From contig OZ038378.1 of NCBI GenBank assembly GCA_964036045.1, positions 120,280,001 through 120,344,000 on the forward strand: a stretch of 64,000 nucleotides of DNA, in the 5' to 3' direction. The notes beneath the pieces are model-generated. The model saw only the letters and a program-made list of their open reading frames with translations, ran no database searches and was not told the DNA's origin. The position numbers and the translations under genes are program-made. Below are positions 1-11,962 of the stretch, piece by piece (position 1 is the stretch's first letter; every line of letters begins with the position of its first letter). This DNA comes from Eutreptiella sp. 'Long Island Sound 2002'. Lineage: Eukaryota > Protista > Euglenida.

Positions 1-1114
1 TATTCCACATCCCACATCCCACATTGCACACGCCACATCCCATGTGGGATATGCATTGCATATATACAGGATATGGGGTTTCAAAGGTAGACATTTTGCG
101 GTCATTGGTAAGATCCCTCTTGCTAGTTGTCATAATCTTTTTATTGATGCCACACATTTGGTTGAAGAAAGACATTGAGGGCGCCTAGTGGTTGTCCCAT
201 GTCTCCATTTTGGCCGCCATATGTTACTTGGGAGAGCAGCGCGTCAAGCTGTATGGCACCCAAGTGCACCGGGAGGCCAAGCGCAATGGCTCTCGCAACG
301 GTTGGCATTTCTCTACCAACTTGAACATGGTAGTCCCCCAAAGTGCCACCGGAGCTGCAATTCCTAGCACAGCACCATTCCCAGTGGTCTTGCTTGTGCC
401 AACAGGGTTTGTGGTGCTTGCGAGGTGAGTTTGGGGAGCACCTTAAGAACTGTGTGAGACTAAAAATTTGAAAAGCTTGGTACACCAGCGGAGGCCAGCA
501 GGGGCAGAAATTGGGACACTGGGACCTATGTCAAGCATGAGACTGAAAATTTAACATTCTTGGTACACTAGTAGAGGCCAGCAGGTGCAGAAATTGGGGC
601 ACCGGAATAATAGAGTTGGAAAAACAATCAAGAATGATGTCCAGACCACAACCAAGACCCAACCGCAATACATCCAGAGCTGTAAAACAAACAACAGTGA
701 TGTCCAAACTACAACCGGGACAAAACGGCATTCATGTGCAGTTCATCAAGAGTTGTAAAAATAAGTGAACAGTGGTGACCAGGTCACATGCATGTCCAAA
801 AAACCCTAAAACACCTGTAAAAATGCATTAGAGGTCACAGTGGTGTGAAAAAAACATCATTTGTGGTGAAAAAAAAAACAAAAAATATCAGAAAAAAAAC
901 CGCATTTTTGAAGAAAAAAACACCATTTTGGGTGTGTGGGTGTCGCGGGGTCCATGACACCCATTTATCTCATCCTTACTTTGCCTCTGCCTTTTATGAG
1001 TACGCACCTAACCTCCCACAGCATTGACATTGGCTTGACGGTTACTGTCACTGAGGGCTGGAAGCAGTTTGCCCAGTGTAGTACCTGTAGTACCTGTATT
1101 TTTTGTCATAAAAG

Positions 1115-1242
1115 GTGTTGTCAGTGAACACCAATTTCGCTGTCTGTTGCGTTTGATTGACTCCGGAAAGTCCGACGCCAAAATCAATCAACTGCTGGAC
1201 CTCATTGACCCCCACAACAATCAGATGATCACTTTCTCAGAG
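1115..1242 (+). CDS. Internal exon of a host EF-hand protein gene
   Basis: Translation VVSEHQFRCLLRLIDSGKSDAKINQLLDLIDPHNNQMITFSE contains a helix-loop-helix with the 12-residue loop DPHNNQMITFSE. It is bounded by AG (1113-1114) and GT (1243-1244). Other exons were not identified. Confidence 0.55.
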
Positions 1243-2102
1243 GTCTGCCTCATGTCACTTGCAGCACCATTCTCTCATTCAAGCCCCCCAATCTTCAGCG
1301 CTGGCCTCTCAGCCAAGAGCCCCTCAACGATATTCTCAAGTGCATTTTGGTTGGATCCTGGTCTGTAGCCCCAGGTCTCATATCCCAAGCCCAACCCCCA
1401 TGCCAAGCGTCATATTTCAAACCCCACATGCCAGCCTACATCCCTAGTCCCAACACCACAGGGGTCAACGAATCCTTGGTCTGGGAACGCGGACCCCTCC
1501 CCTCCCTAGGCATCCAGTCACAATTAGTTACCCACGGTCACCAAGCTCAGCCATCCTTCAGTCTGCCCTTGGCTAGTGGTGTCAACAGCTACCTTCCGCC
1601 ACCTCGTTGCTCTCCACTTTGGCGACCCCAAGATATAGTCAGTTTGATTCCTTTCCGCTTTGGGAATCCCAAGCGGGCAGCAGTTATTTGGCCATTCCAC
1701 TCCTCCCCATTTTGCGGACAGCAAGAAGGCAGGGGTTGCATAGCTTTTTAGTGCTTCTCTGCTCTAGGGTTTTTGAGAAGGTAGGGGCAGGGAAGTATTA
1801 GAACGGCTGTACATTGTAGGAGGAGGGGGGGGGTGCCCCCCCTGAACCCCCCCGCCTCCCACCCCTGTCCTCCCCTTCTAATGTGTAATTGAATGCATGG
1901 AATTGGAGTCCGCCCTTTCTTTGGGGGACCCGGTTCATCAGTCAGTCACAGGCCATTACCCCTTAAACCCCTCCTCCCTGCTTTGATCCCTTCCCCAAAC
2001 CTCTGTTAAACAACCAGCCCCAGTCAATGAAACAAACAACAGTCAGTTAAACACAAGGGGCAACGGACAGCACCACTTGCAATTTTGTTTTCCTAGATGG
2101 AC

Positions 2103-2184
2103 CTGCATGAACCTAAGTGGACCGTAAATAGAGCTGCATGAACCTGGGGGACCCTGAATGAGGCTGCATGAACCTGCATGAACC
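2103..2184 (+). repeat. Four copies of CTGCATGAACC
   Basis: Copies start at 2103, 2134, 2164 and 2174. Confidence 0.7.
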
Positions 2185-2724
2185 AGAATGACGCTAAATG
2201 AGGACCCAGCCTCTTGCATTGTGTTATGAATGAGGTTTGGTTGGCAAAAAGAGGAGATCTTTTGGGAAAAAAATTTCAGACCAGACTATGTGGACCATTG
2301 CTGAGCAGTGGTCTGGCAGAGACTGGACATTCAATGCAACCGGAGCTGGTTCAATTCCTGGCACTGTCACTAAAGTGCCTGACAGGATTCTACAGAAAAT
2401 GACATAAAGTTTTTTCCATTTTTTTACAGCTCATCATGAACGTACTGGAAGTACTGAACCCCCTGGGAGGAACGGGGTCCCAGCCAACCCCCCTTGAGCC
2501 CCCCCCCTCCCCCCCCCCTTCTAAAACTTCCCTGGTAGTGGTTCGTAGGTAGTTTGCTTTTTCCCCTCTTTGGGGACGCCCTAACTGTAGAGTTATGTCG
2601 CATTTGACTTCTTCCCTGCTTCAAGGACCCCAAGAAGGCAGGGGTTAGGTAGTTGTTTTCATTCGTCCCCGTTGTGGGGACCCTGAGGGTTGTGTAGCCA
2701 TTTTGTTTCCTTGTTGGGATGTGG

Positions 2725-2950
2725 GGCTTGATGTGCTGAGCTTGGGCTATGCGGCTTCATATGCAGAGCTTGGGATTTGAGGCATGGAAAGTGGTCTGTG
2801 GGGTGTAGCCGCTTGGGTTGTGGAGCTTGGGATGTGGGGCTTGTGATGTGGAACTTGGGCTCTATGGTTTGTGATGTGCAACTTAGGCTTCGGAGCTTGC
2901 ATTGGTTCTTAAATTTGGGACGTGTGATGTGGGGGTTGGGGTGTGCATAT
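2725..2950. repeat. Degenerate ~14-bp minisatellite (GGCTTGGGATGTG-like)
   Basis: Repeated gcttgggatgtg/gggcttg motifs. The same family occurs at 42765-43345. Confidence 0.55.
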
Positions 2951-3694
2951 TGGTTGTGGGGCGTAGGATTTTGGGGAAGAAGAAACCACAACATGTGGTG
3001 TGTTGTTCTTTGGGCGCTATTTTGCTTGTTTGGCCGCCACCCCTATATGTTCCCGTTATGCTTGGGGGTACAAACCGGACAACCAAAGGTTCCGGCACAC
3101 ACCAAGAATTATATTTTTCACACGTGCGTCAAAAACACCCAAAATTTGTGATGATCCCAGTATTTTGTGAACGTTTAGTTTGGGATATGGTTCTTTTTCG
3201 AAAAACCATTCTGAGGACTTATCCATGCATGGTTTCACTGTCAACAGTGAAACTCTTTCGCCATAAGAGTACCTTATAGTGGTCTTTGTTGAATCCCCCT
3301 GACCACCTTCCCGGAGTGTTTGTGTCTCTTGCATGGTGTTCCCCAGCCTTGATGCTTCCTGGTAAGATGGGTAACATAGGTACGGTTGGAGTGACTTTTT
3401 ACCGTCGGCCATGAAACTCCATGTACATTCAGGCTTGTGCACTTGGTTGCTGTCTCGTTGGCTTTACAGTTCCAGTTTTTGTTTAGATCTTCCGGTTGCA
3501 CCGAGTGGTACTATGTATTGTACGCTCTCGTACAACCGGTATGTCACCACATGGTCACTACAAAGGAATAAAAAGGTGAGGAAAACATCCCCATTTGTTC
3601 AAGTTTTTATGGTACACCCCCTTACTACGGGGCAAGTGCCATCTGTAGTGGGTGACCATGTAGGGGTGCGATATGCACCGGGTGCCTACGAGGT

Positions 3695-3769
3695 GGCGAT
3701 GCTGGGAATCGAACCAGCACCCCTATACCCGAAGACAGGCATCGTACCACTAGAAGATTCCTATACCCC
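3695..3769 (-). pseudogene. Degenerate tRNA-Pro(CGG)-like sequence
   Basis: The reverse complement contains TCTAGTGGTACGAT (D arm), TTCGGGT (Pro anticodon loop) and GGTTCGATTCCC (B box). The stems are imperfect and the acceptor stem does not pair. Confidence 0.5.
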
Positions 3770-3959
3770 ATTTCCGGTTCCCCTCTTTTGTAGCTTGTCC
3801 TAAAAGAATTGCACGTTTTATCCAAATATGTCGTGCAATTTGGTGCCGGTGTCATAGTTGTGTGTCCAGATAATGAGAATAATGGCAAAAATGCCTTCCA
3901 CTACAGGCAGAATTCAAAGGAGAAAATAGAGACAGGCGGGTGTGGCCCCATAAGGTACA

Positions 3960-4920
3960 AGCACCCAAGTGGAGGGAAGCAATGACGACTAGGAGGAACC
4001 AGAGGATAGCGAGGAGGACGAGGAAGAGGAGGAAGAGGAGTGCCAACAAAGACCTCCACCAGAACGACCATCTGCGCTTGATGCCGGAGACGCGAAGGCT
4101 GAGAACGTACACAAATTTATCGTTGTTCGCATTTCCACGCTCATCTACAACCAGGAGCTATAGTATGGGCACTCCCGATGAGTGCAAAGGCCCCAAGTGG
4201 AACAATTGAGACAGAGCGTAGCCCACATGGCCTGATGGAGGAAATGCAAGCGTACACGTTGGACCCCGGAGGTTGTTTTCGCATTTACTCAATCACCGTC
4301 TTCATGCATCACACGCTACATAGTTTCAATGGTGGCAGCGAAAGTTGTCGCCCGTATTTGCTTTCAGGCAACATCACACTGGTGGTGGCTGGGCAACACA
4401 TGTCGACGATCCTGAAGAAGATGTGCCTCACCTTAACAAGATTCGTGGAAGAAGGTGGCAACCACATCTCGAAGGAGATGAGATACGTGTATGAGGTGTT
4501 CTTTGCGGGGGATACACTGCTAGACATCTGTCAATTGGGCGCGAGGGTGTATGAGCGTGCACAACGTGAGTTCGACACCATGTTCACGAAAATTGTAAAC
4601 GCCTTCGTGCACAGCTACAACGAGATTGTCAAGTTAGCGGCACCAAGTATGCCAACCCTGCGGTGCACGACATCCGAGAGGTGAAATGAGGCGTGGACAT
4701 TGTTTACACCGAAAATTCGCACATTGCTACGGCGGTATGCACATATGCACAACTTTGGTTTGTATGCTTGGTCGTGGACTTACATGGCCATGGCTTCAAC
4801 GTGTTCCTTCGGTGGATCGTCTCGAGAATGCAACACATGACTCACAGCGTGAAGTTTTAGGTGATCCCCTATCCTTTGTCTGTGATTACGTGGAAGTCTG
4901 TGCATGTCCTCGTTTCTAAT
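3960..4920 (+). pseudogene. Unidentified decayed protein-coding relic
   Basis: An acidic tract (EEPEDSEEDEEEEEEE) is followed by protein-like ORF 4178-4684 and fragments, broken by stops and frameshifts. No family was recognised. Confidence 0.3.
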
Positions 4921-6459
4921 TTTCGGCACCACTGGCACTTGTTACTTTATACTCTTTGGTCTGTTGTGATTGGAATGCAGTTTCACCATCAATGAGAAAA
5001 TATTTGTTTGTCTGTGACAAATGTGTGTCATAACACAGCTTTTTTTTTACACCCGACGTTCCTTGCTATGTTGCTCAGCTCGTCACATGCCTTAGTTTGA
5101 ATTCCAAAGTGCTCGGTTGGTGCGAGTTGCCCTCCAGCAGGTGTAGGATTATTGTGTAGGTGTGGGATTATTATCCAATTACAAGTGTTTCTGGCCGCGT
5201 GCTTCAGCTAAGTTTTCCTATTTTCTTGTGATTTTGGTGCCATATTCACAATTTCGCCGCTTTCATGCTGTCACAATGGCTCCATATTTTTATTGCCGGC
5301 TGTATGACTTGTACAGAGTGTGTACGTGTCTACTCTTGTCCGGAGTGTCATAACAGCTTTTACTCTTGACACTGACACCGTGTCCCAGTTCCCTATTCTG
5401 TTAGGATTTGCAAAAAAGTTTCCATATTTGGAAGGGAACATTACAATTTCCTGTGTCATTGTTTTGTTGTTGCATTCTTTCTGTGTTGTGTGCTGAACTT
5501 GCCTCTTCTTCTTTCCAAGCGTATTTTGTGATGTGCGGACCAAGGGCATCAACCGCTTGTGAAACTGCGGGTCTTCAGGGGTATACACTGTCTCAAGACC
5601 ACTAGCCATGGTGAACACAACGCGGGTTGTGTTTCATCGTTGACGGTGAAGCAATGTGCATTTCGCCTCTCACAGTGGGCTTTTCACAAATTCCACTCTT
5701 ACACGTTTTTCCGTGTCGACCCCAGGGCCCAACATTGAAAGTTTTTGCCGATTTTTAAAGGCCCACCCGACCGGGTATGTCTGGTCTGACCCCCAAGTTG
5801 TGCTTCTATTTTCTCATCATGTAACCAGCTTTGAAACCCCCCATGGCATGCCCACCTACCGTGGCTCTGGTGTAGGGTGCCAAGCCATATTGCAATGGCG
5901 CTTTGGAATGGTGGACAGGGGACAGCGGACAGTGGCTAGGGGTGCATCAACCTCTCCTCTGTTTTGGAAAAGAGCAACCCACAATCAGAGGCGCCATTGT
6001 TATTCACAGACTTGCATGTACGGCAATGGTGAAGCCTTCGTTTATTGCCTAGGATACCCTTTTGTGCCTTTTTTTCATTTCCAGATGCCTTAATCGGAAT
6101 TACCCCCCCCCCCCCGCCCCCCAGTTGGTGGAGCAAGGACAAGAGTTGGGATTTTTTCTAGACACCATATTCAAGGTATGAACAGTCTCATGAATGAGGT
6201 TGACAGGTCATGGCAGCAGCTAAGCCGTTGTAGTACTAGCCTTCACAAGTGATTGTATTTGGATCCATCCCATGGACACCCAAAAATTTTCATGTTTTTG
6301 TTAATTGTGTTTCGTTTTTCTGCATTTTTTCGCGATTCATCGTCAAACTGCTTCGCGATCAATGGTGAGACGCTCCTGCTCTGATGCGTTGTGTGTTAAT
6401 GCATATAGGGTATGTTTTGTGGACAATGAAGTTATTACTTTTGAATGTTTCCCCTTCTC

Positions 6460-9400
6460 TAGGAACTCCCGCAAATGCAGGCATTATGTAACCAGTATGC
6501 CCACTTGTTAGTCCTACCTCAATGCTGCCTTCTCGGGGGCCCACAAGTGAGCAAAAATGCAAGGTTACACCCGCAATTTCGTGGGTCTTTAGAAAAGGCG
6601 GCACGATCGGCGATGGTTCGTTGCATTTGCGCGCACTTGTGGACCCTTGAGTTGGTAGAGGGGAGATTGCCACTTCTGATTTTGTCCGCTCTTGTGCCGA
6701 CCGTCAAGAACGCAACGGTTACGTCGCAAATCGGTCCACTTGTGGGCCCTTCAGAAGGCAAGGGTGGGGTAATGACTTCTGATTTTGGTCCTTTCTTGTG
6801 GGAACCACTCCGAGCGCACGGGTTAGGTAGCATTTCCGCCCACCCGAGGACCCCCGGGAAGGTAGGGGTGATGCAACCACCTCTAGTTTTGTCCCCTTAT
6901 TTCGGCCCCCCCCAAGGAAGCAGGGGTTACGTGGCATTCCGCGCACTTGTTGGCCCCTGAGAAGGGACGGGTGAGGTAGCCACTCTTGATTTTGCATTCT
7001 TTCATTGGCACCGCATAGAACGTAAGGGTTATGTAGCAATTGTTGGGCTCCAAGATGGTATGGCTGATGTAGCCACTTTTGAATTGGTTCCCTAGTTTGG
7101 GGACCCCGGGGAACATTAGGTCGACATAGCGCAAGGGTGATGCACCCAATTCTGACTTTTAATAGCAAGTTCCTGGTATTCCCCCCCCTTTTGGGCCCCG
7201 ATTACGCACGGGTGAGGGAGCCCCTTCTAATGTTGTCCCTCTGTTTGGGGACTCCGAGAAAGCACGGGTAACATCGCATTTCCGCCCAATTCCAGGCCCC
7301 AGAGAAGGCATGGGTGATGCAGCAAGTTCGGTTTTTGTCCTCTTATTGAGGGACCCACGAGACCGTAGGGGTTGCATAGCAATTCCGACCACTTGTGGCG
7401 TCCCCGAGAACAACCACCCTTGATTTTTTTTTCCGGGGACCCTCTAAACACAGCGGTCTCGTAGCGATTGCGTCCACTTCTCCGCCCCCCAAAAGGTAGG
7501 GGTAATGCAACCACTTTCCATTTTCTCCTTTTTTCTAGGGACCCCCGAGAACACAGCAGTTATGCAGCAATCCGCTGAATCTTGCCCCCCCGAAAATGTA
7601 GGGGTTGCCTACTAATTTAGCCCACTTTTTGGCCCTTGAGAAGGTTGGTGTGACGTGGCCACTTGTGATTTTGTCCCTTCTTGTAGGGGTCCCCGGTTAT
7701 GCAACAATTCCGCCCAACCTCGCCCCCCGAAAGACTAAGGCTGGCGTCCGTGCATTCTTGAGGGTCCCCAAAAAAAGGGAAGAAATCAGAGGTCTGTCTT
7801 GCCTTCTTGGGCCGCCATAAATTGGCAGAAATGTTTTGTAACCCCCGCGTTCTCAACAGGTACCGGAAAAGGGGGAAATCAAAAGTGACTACCTCACTCC
7901 TGCCTTCTGAAGGGCCCAAATGTGGCCCAACTTGCTACCCAACCGATGCGTTGTCAAGGAGCCATAATGAAGGAGAAGAACTCAGGAGTGGTTGCATTGC
8001 CCATGCCTACTTGGCACACCTAGGGGGAAGTGCCATGTAAGCCCTGTGTTCCCGTAGGTTCCCAAAAATGTGGACAAACGTCAGAATAGGCTACCCCACT
8101 CGTGCCTTCTCACGGGCTCCGAACTGGGCAAAACTCCACGCCAAAGGACTGCTATATTCTCCGGGGTCACCTAAAAGTGAGACAAAATCAATAGTGGCTG
8201 CATGACCTGTGTGTTCTTAGTCGCCAACAAGTGGGCGGCATTGCGATGTATTCTCGGGGCTGCCCCAGAAGAGCGGACAGAATTGGAAGTGGCTACCTCG
8301 CCCGGGCCTTCTCGTCGGCTCAGAAGAGGGCGGAATTCCTACATCCAGTGTTGTGTTCTTGGGGGCCACCAAACAAAGGAAGATTTTCAAAAAAGGCTAC
8401 ATCACCCATGGATTTTTGGGGGCGGAATTGCTACATCAACCCTTGTTTTCTTGGCGTCCTCCGAACAAAGGAAGAAATTCAAAAAAGGCCACATCAACCA
8501 TGGATTCTTGGGGGGCCAAAACTACGCGGAATTGCTATGTAACCCTTGCGTTCTCGGGGTTCCTCAAAAAAGAGGACACAATGACAAGTGGCAGCATCAC
8601 CCTTCCACTCTCAGAGGCCCACCAGTGGACAGATTTGCGATGTACCCTTTGCGTTCTTGGGGGTCCTCATTGAAGCGATGAAGTTGAAAAGTGGGTACAT
8701 CACCCCTACCTTCTCCGGAGCCCACAAGTGGGTAGAATTGCTACGGAAACCCTACATTCTTCGTTTGTCCACAGAAAAGGCGACAAGATCAAAAGTGGGT
8801 ACCTCGTGCCCAACTTCTCGGGGGCCCAAAAGAGGGCAAAACTACTATGTCCACCTTGCATTCTGGGTGATCGCTAACAAAGAAAACAAATTAAACCGTG
8901 GTTACATCACCTGTGCCTTTTTGCGGGCCCAAAAGTAGGCAGAAGTGCTATGTAACCCCTGCGTTATTTGGGTGTCCTCAAAGGAAGAGACAAAATCACA
9001 AGTCGACCCCTGAGCCTTGCCTTCTTAGGGGCCCATAACTGGGCGGAACTACAACGTAACCCCTTTATGCTTGAAGGTCTCCAGAAAGGGTGACGAAATC
9101 TCAAGTGGCTACATCACCATTCACCTTTCAAGGGCCCAAAAGTGGACGGAATGCCCCGTAACTATTGTGTTCTTGCGGGTGTTTCAACCAGCAGACTAAA
9201 TCAGCAGTGGCTACATTACCCCTGTCTCCTCGCGGTCCCTCAAGTGTGCGGCATTGCTGTGTAACCCCCAGAGTCTCGGGAGTCTCCACAAAACAACAAA
9301 ATTAGACGTGGTGACCTCACCTCCGCCTTCTCAATGGCCCAAAAAGGAGCAAAATTGCAACCAGCCGATGCATCCTCGGGCGTCCCGTAGCAAATACAAA

Positions 9401-10678
9401 AAAATCACAAGTGGTTGCATCTCTGCTACCTTGCTGAGGGCTCACAATGGAGCGGAACTGCTACGTTGCCCCACGATCTTGGGGGTCCCCAAAACCGGTG
9501 ACAAAATAAGAGTGACTGTATCGGGGATCCCCAAAATAGAGAAATACATCGAAAGCGATTGAATCACTCTTTCCTTCTGGGGAGAACAAGTGGGCGGAGT
9601 TCTTCGTAACCACTCTGTTTGCGGGTGTGCCCAAAAGAAGGGACAAAATCAGAACCGGCTACCCCACGCCAGCCTTCTTGGTGGCCAAGGAGTGGGACGG
9701 ATTGCTACGCCAACCCTACCGTCTCGCGGGTCACTAAACAAGGCAACATATTTAGATTTTAGAAATGGCTACATAACCCCTGCCTTCTTGGGACGCCAAA
9801 AAGTGGGCCGCATAACTACGTCACCCCTGCGCTCTTGAGGGTCCCCAAGAAGGGGATACAATCCAAAGTGGCTGCATCACCCATGCCGTCCTGGGGGCCA
9901 ACAAGTTGGCGGCATGGTTACGTAACCCATGCCGTATAGGGGGTCCCCATTAGAGTGGAAAAAACGGGAACTGCCAACCTCACCCAGACTCCTCGGGGGG
10001 CCACAAGTGTACATCAACCCTTCTCGTGGGTCCCGAAACAAGGGAACAAACTCAAAAATGGCTATGTTCCCAGCCTTTTCGGGGGCCCAAAAGTGGGTCT
10101 AATTGCTATGTAACCCCTACACGCCGGGGGTCCCAAAAACGGAGATGAAACTCCAACCGACTACATCAATCTGGCGTTCCTGGGGCCCCGTCAATGCACA
10201 AAAGTGCTACATAAGAGCTGCTTTCTCAGGGGTGCTATGAAGAGTATGCAAAATCAGGTGTGGCTAGCTCACCCACCCTTCTTAGGGGCCCACAAGTGGG
10301 TGGAATTGCTATGTGCCCCTGCGTCCTTGGGGATCCCAGCACAATTGACAAAATGACACGTGGCCACCTCAATACGGACTCTTCTCAAGAGCCCAAAAGT
10401 GGACAAAATGCCACGTAATTGTTGTCCTCTTGGGGGTTCCTCAATCGGTAGACTAAATCAAAAGTGGCTCCATTGCCCCTCCCTTCCGGGGGCCCGTCAG
10501 TGCGCAGAATGGCTACGTTAGCCTTGACTTTCTAGGGGTCGCCAAACAAGGGTACAAATTTTCAAAAAGGCTACATCCCCCTTACCTTCTTGGCCCAAAA
10601 CGCGGCGGAATTGCTATATAACCCCTTGCATTCTGCAAGGTCCGATGGAAAGGAGACAAACTCCGAAGCGGCCGCATC
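6460..10678. repeat. Degenerate ~100-104 bp satellite array with internal orientation switches
   Basis: Approximate by-eye consensus GGGGCCCACAAGTGGGCGGAATTGCTACGTAACCCCTGCGTTCTCGGGGTCCCCAAAAAGGGGACAAAATCAGAAGTGGCTACATCACCCCTGCCTTCTCG. Anchors recur at ~6670, ~6773 and ~6877. Orientation reverses at ~7745. The array resumes at 15940 after the retrotransposon. Confidence 0.85.
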
Positions 10679-10774
10679 TGCTGTTTCCCCAGTAACAGTA
10701 GTTGTACACCATACTTTGTTTTGTTCATTATGATGCCCTGTTCCATTCAGAATTTTACAAACGATAACAGGGCC
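10679..10774 (+). repeat. Split direct repeat A1
   Basis: 96 bp, with 3 mismatches to A2 at 15680-15775. Confidence 0.92.
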
Positions 10775-10897
10775 TTCAGACGAAGGTGCTGTCCCTTTTG
10801 CTGCGCAGGCCGAACAGCTGATCTACTTCCACTCCTTTGAGAGCTGTTCCTTCTGTCTTCGTGGATTTTAATTTGGTGGCAACACAGCAGTATAGAA

Positions 10898-11932
10898 ATG
10901 GAGGATGCACTGTCGTTCGCAGATTACATCCAAGGAGACGCCCATGGAGATTTTCGGCTAGGGGCGGATACCAAGTCGTGGACGCGCCGAAAGCTGGTCC
11001 TGATGCGTGAGCTCCGGGGTATGCCTGACGAGGGGGAGGCCTGGGCCAAGAATTTCGCGTCCACCGTCTCGTTCACGGGTTCTCGGGACGAGTTCCTCGA
11101 CCGCTTGGTGGGCTACATGCTTCTGGAGGACGTCACGCTGGACTTCGCCACCGGGGCGTTCAAGAAGTCTTCCCCCGCAGCACCGACAGTGCCGGCGCCT
11201 GGACAAGTGGACCCTGCGATCCTTAAACTGCTGGAGGACCAGGGACAGCTCATCAAGTCCCTTACCGCCAAGGTCCAAAGCATCACTGAGGCGCCACCGA
11301 AGGACCAGTTGCAGGTTCCTGCATTGTCACTGAGGGCCATCCACGATGCGGAGACGGCCACCAACCATCCCCAGTGGATTAATCGTGCTCTCTTCCTCCT
11401 GGTGCGGCTGCTCAAATTCGAGAAAGTCCCTGCCTCCACGGTCACTATGGTTCCCAAAATGTCCGATACCGCGGCTAAGGAGATCATGCCGGGCCTCAGT
11501 GACGAGGACAAGAGGGACGACACGCCGTGGCCCGACCGTAAACACCCAGATGGGTCTGACAGTATGGACACGTCCGACTCCGCGCAGGTCTCTGAGAGGT
11601 TTCACACCCTGGTGCAGGCACTGTGGACGCTCGTTTTCTCTGCGACGGCCTCTTACAAGGAGCGGTACGAGGGGACGTCGGGTTCTTCATCAACCTCTGG
11701 ATCTCAGAAGGAATCGGATGTTCGACTGGAGGAGGGCCTGTCGGAGGCGGGCAAACGCCTGAAGAAGGCCATGCGTCGGCGTTTCAAGATCATCGACGGT
11801 GAGGAGTTCTTCGAGATTCACAAGAATGAGTGGGTACGCACGACTAAGGATCCCGTCGGCCCATGCAAGACTTGCAAGGCTCGTGGTGAGGTGACCCGTC
11901 ACTGGGTCTGGAGGTGTCCATTACTTGAGTGA
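10898..11932 (+). CDS. gag: Gag-like ORF1 of the YR retrotransposon
   Basis: ATG-initiated 344-aa ORF ending in the zinc-knuckle-like motif CKTCKARGEVTRHWVWRC (C-x2-C-x8-H-x4-C). Confidence 0.75.
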   Translation: MEDALSFADYIQGDAHGDFRLGADTKSWTRRKLVLMRELRGMPDEGEAWAKNFASTVSFTGSRDEFLDRLVGYMLLEDVTLDFATGAFKKSSPAAPTVPAPGQVDPAILKLLEDQGQLIKSLTAKVQSITEAPPKDQLQVPALSLRAIHDAETATNHPQWINRALFLLVRLLKFEKVPASTVTMVPKMSDTAAKEIMPGLSDEDKRDDTPWPDRKHPDGSDSMDTSDSAQVSERFHTLVQALWTLVFSATASYKERYEGTSGSSSTSGSQKESDVRLEEGLSEAGKRLKKAMRRRFKIIDGEEFFEIHKNEWVRTTKDPVGPCKTCKARGEVTRHWVWRCPLLE

Positions 11933-11962
11933 CGCGACGCGCCGGGGGGGCTGGAACCGGTC

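Noticed and set aside
6460-10678. Many 60-160 aa ORFs in the satellite arrays (also 20940-23640 and 36460-37740)
   Set aside because: They are translations of tandem repeats on both strands with no protein motifs.
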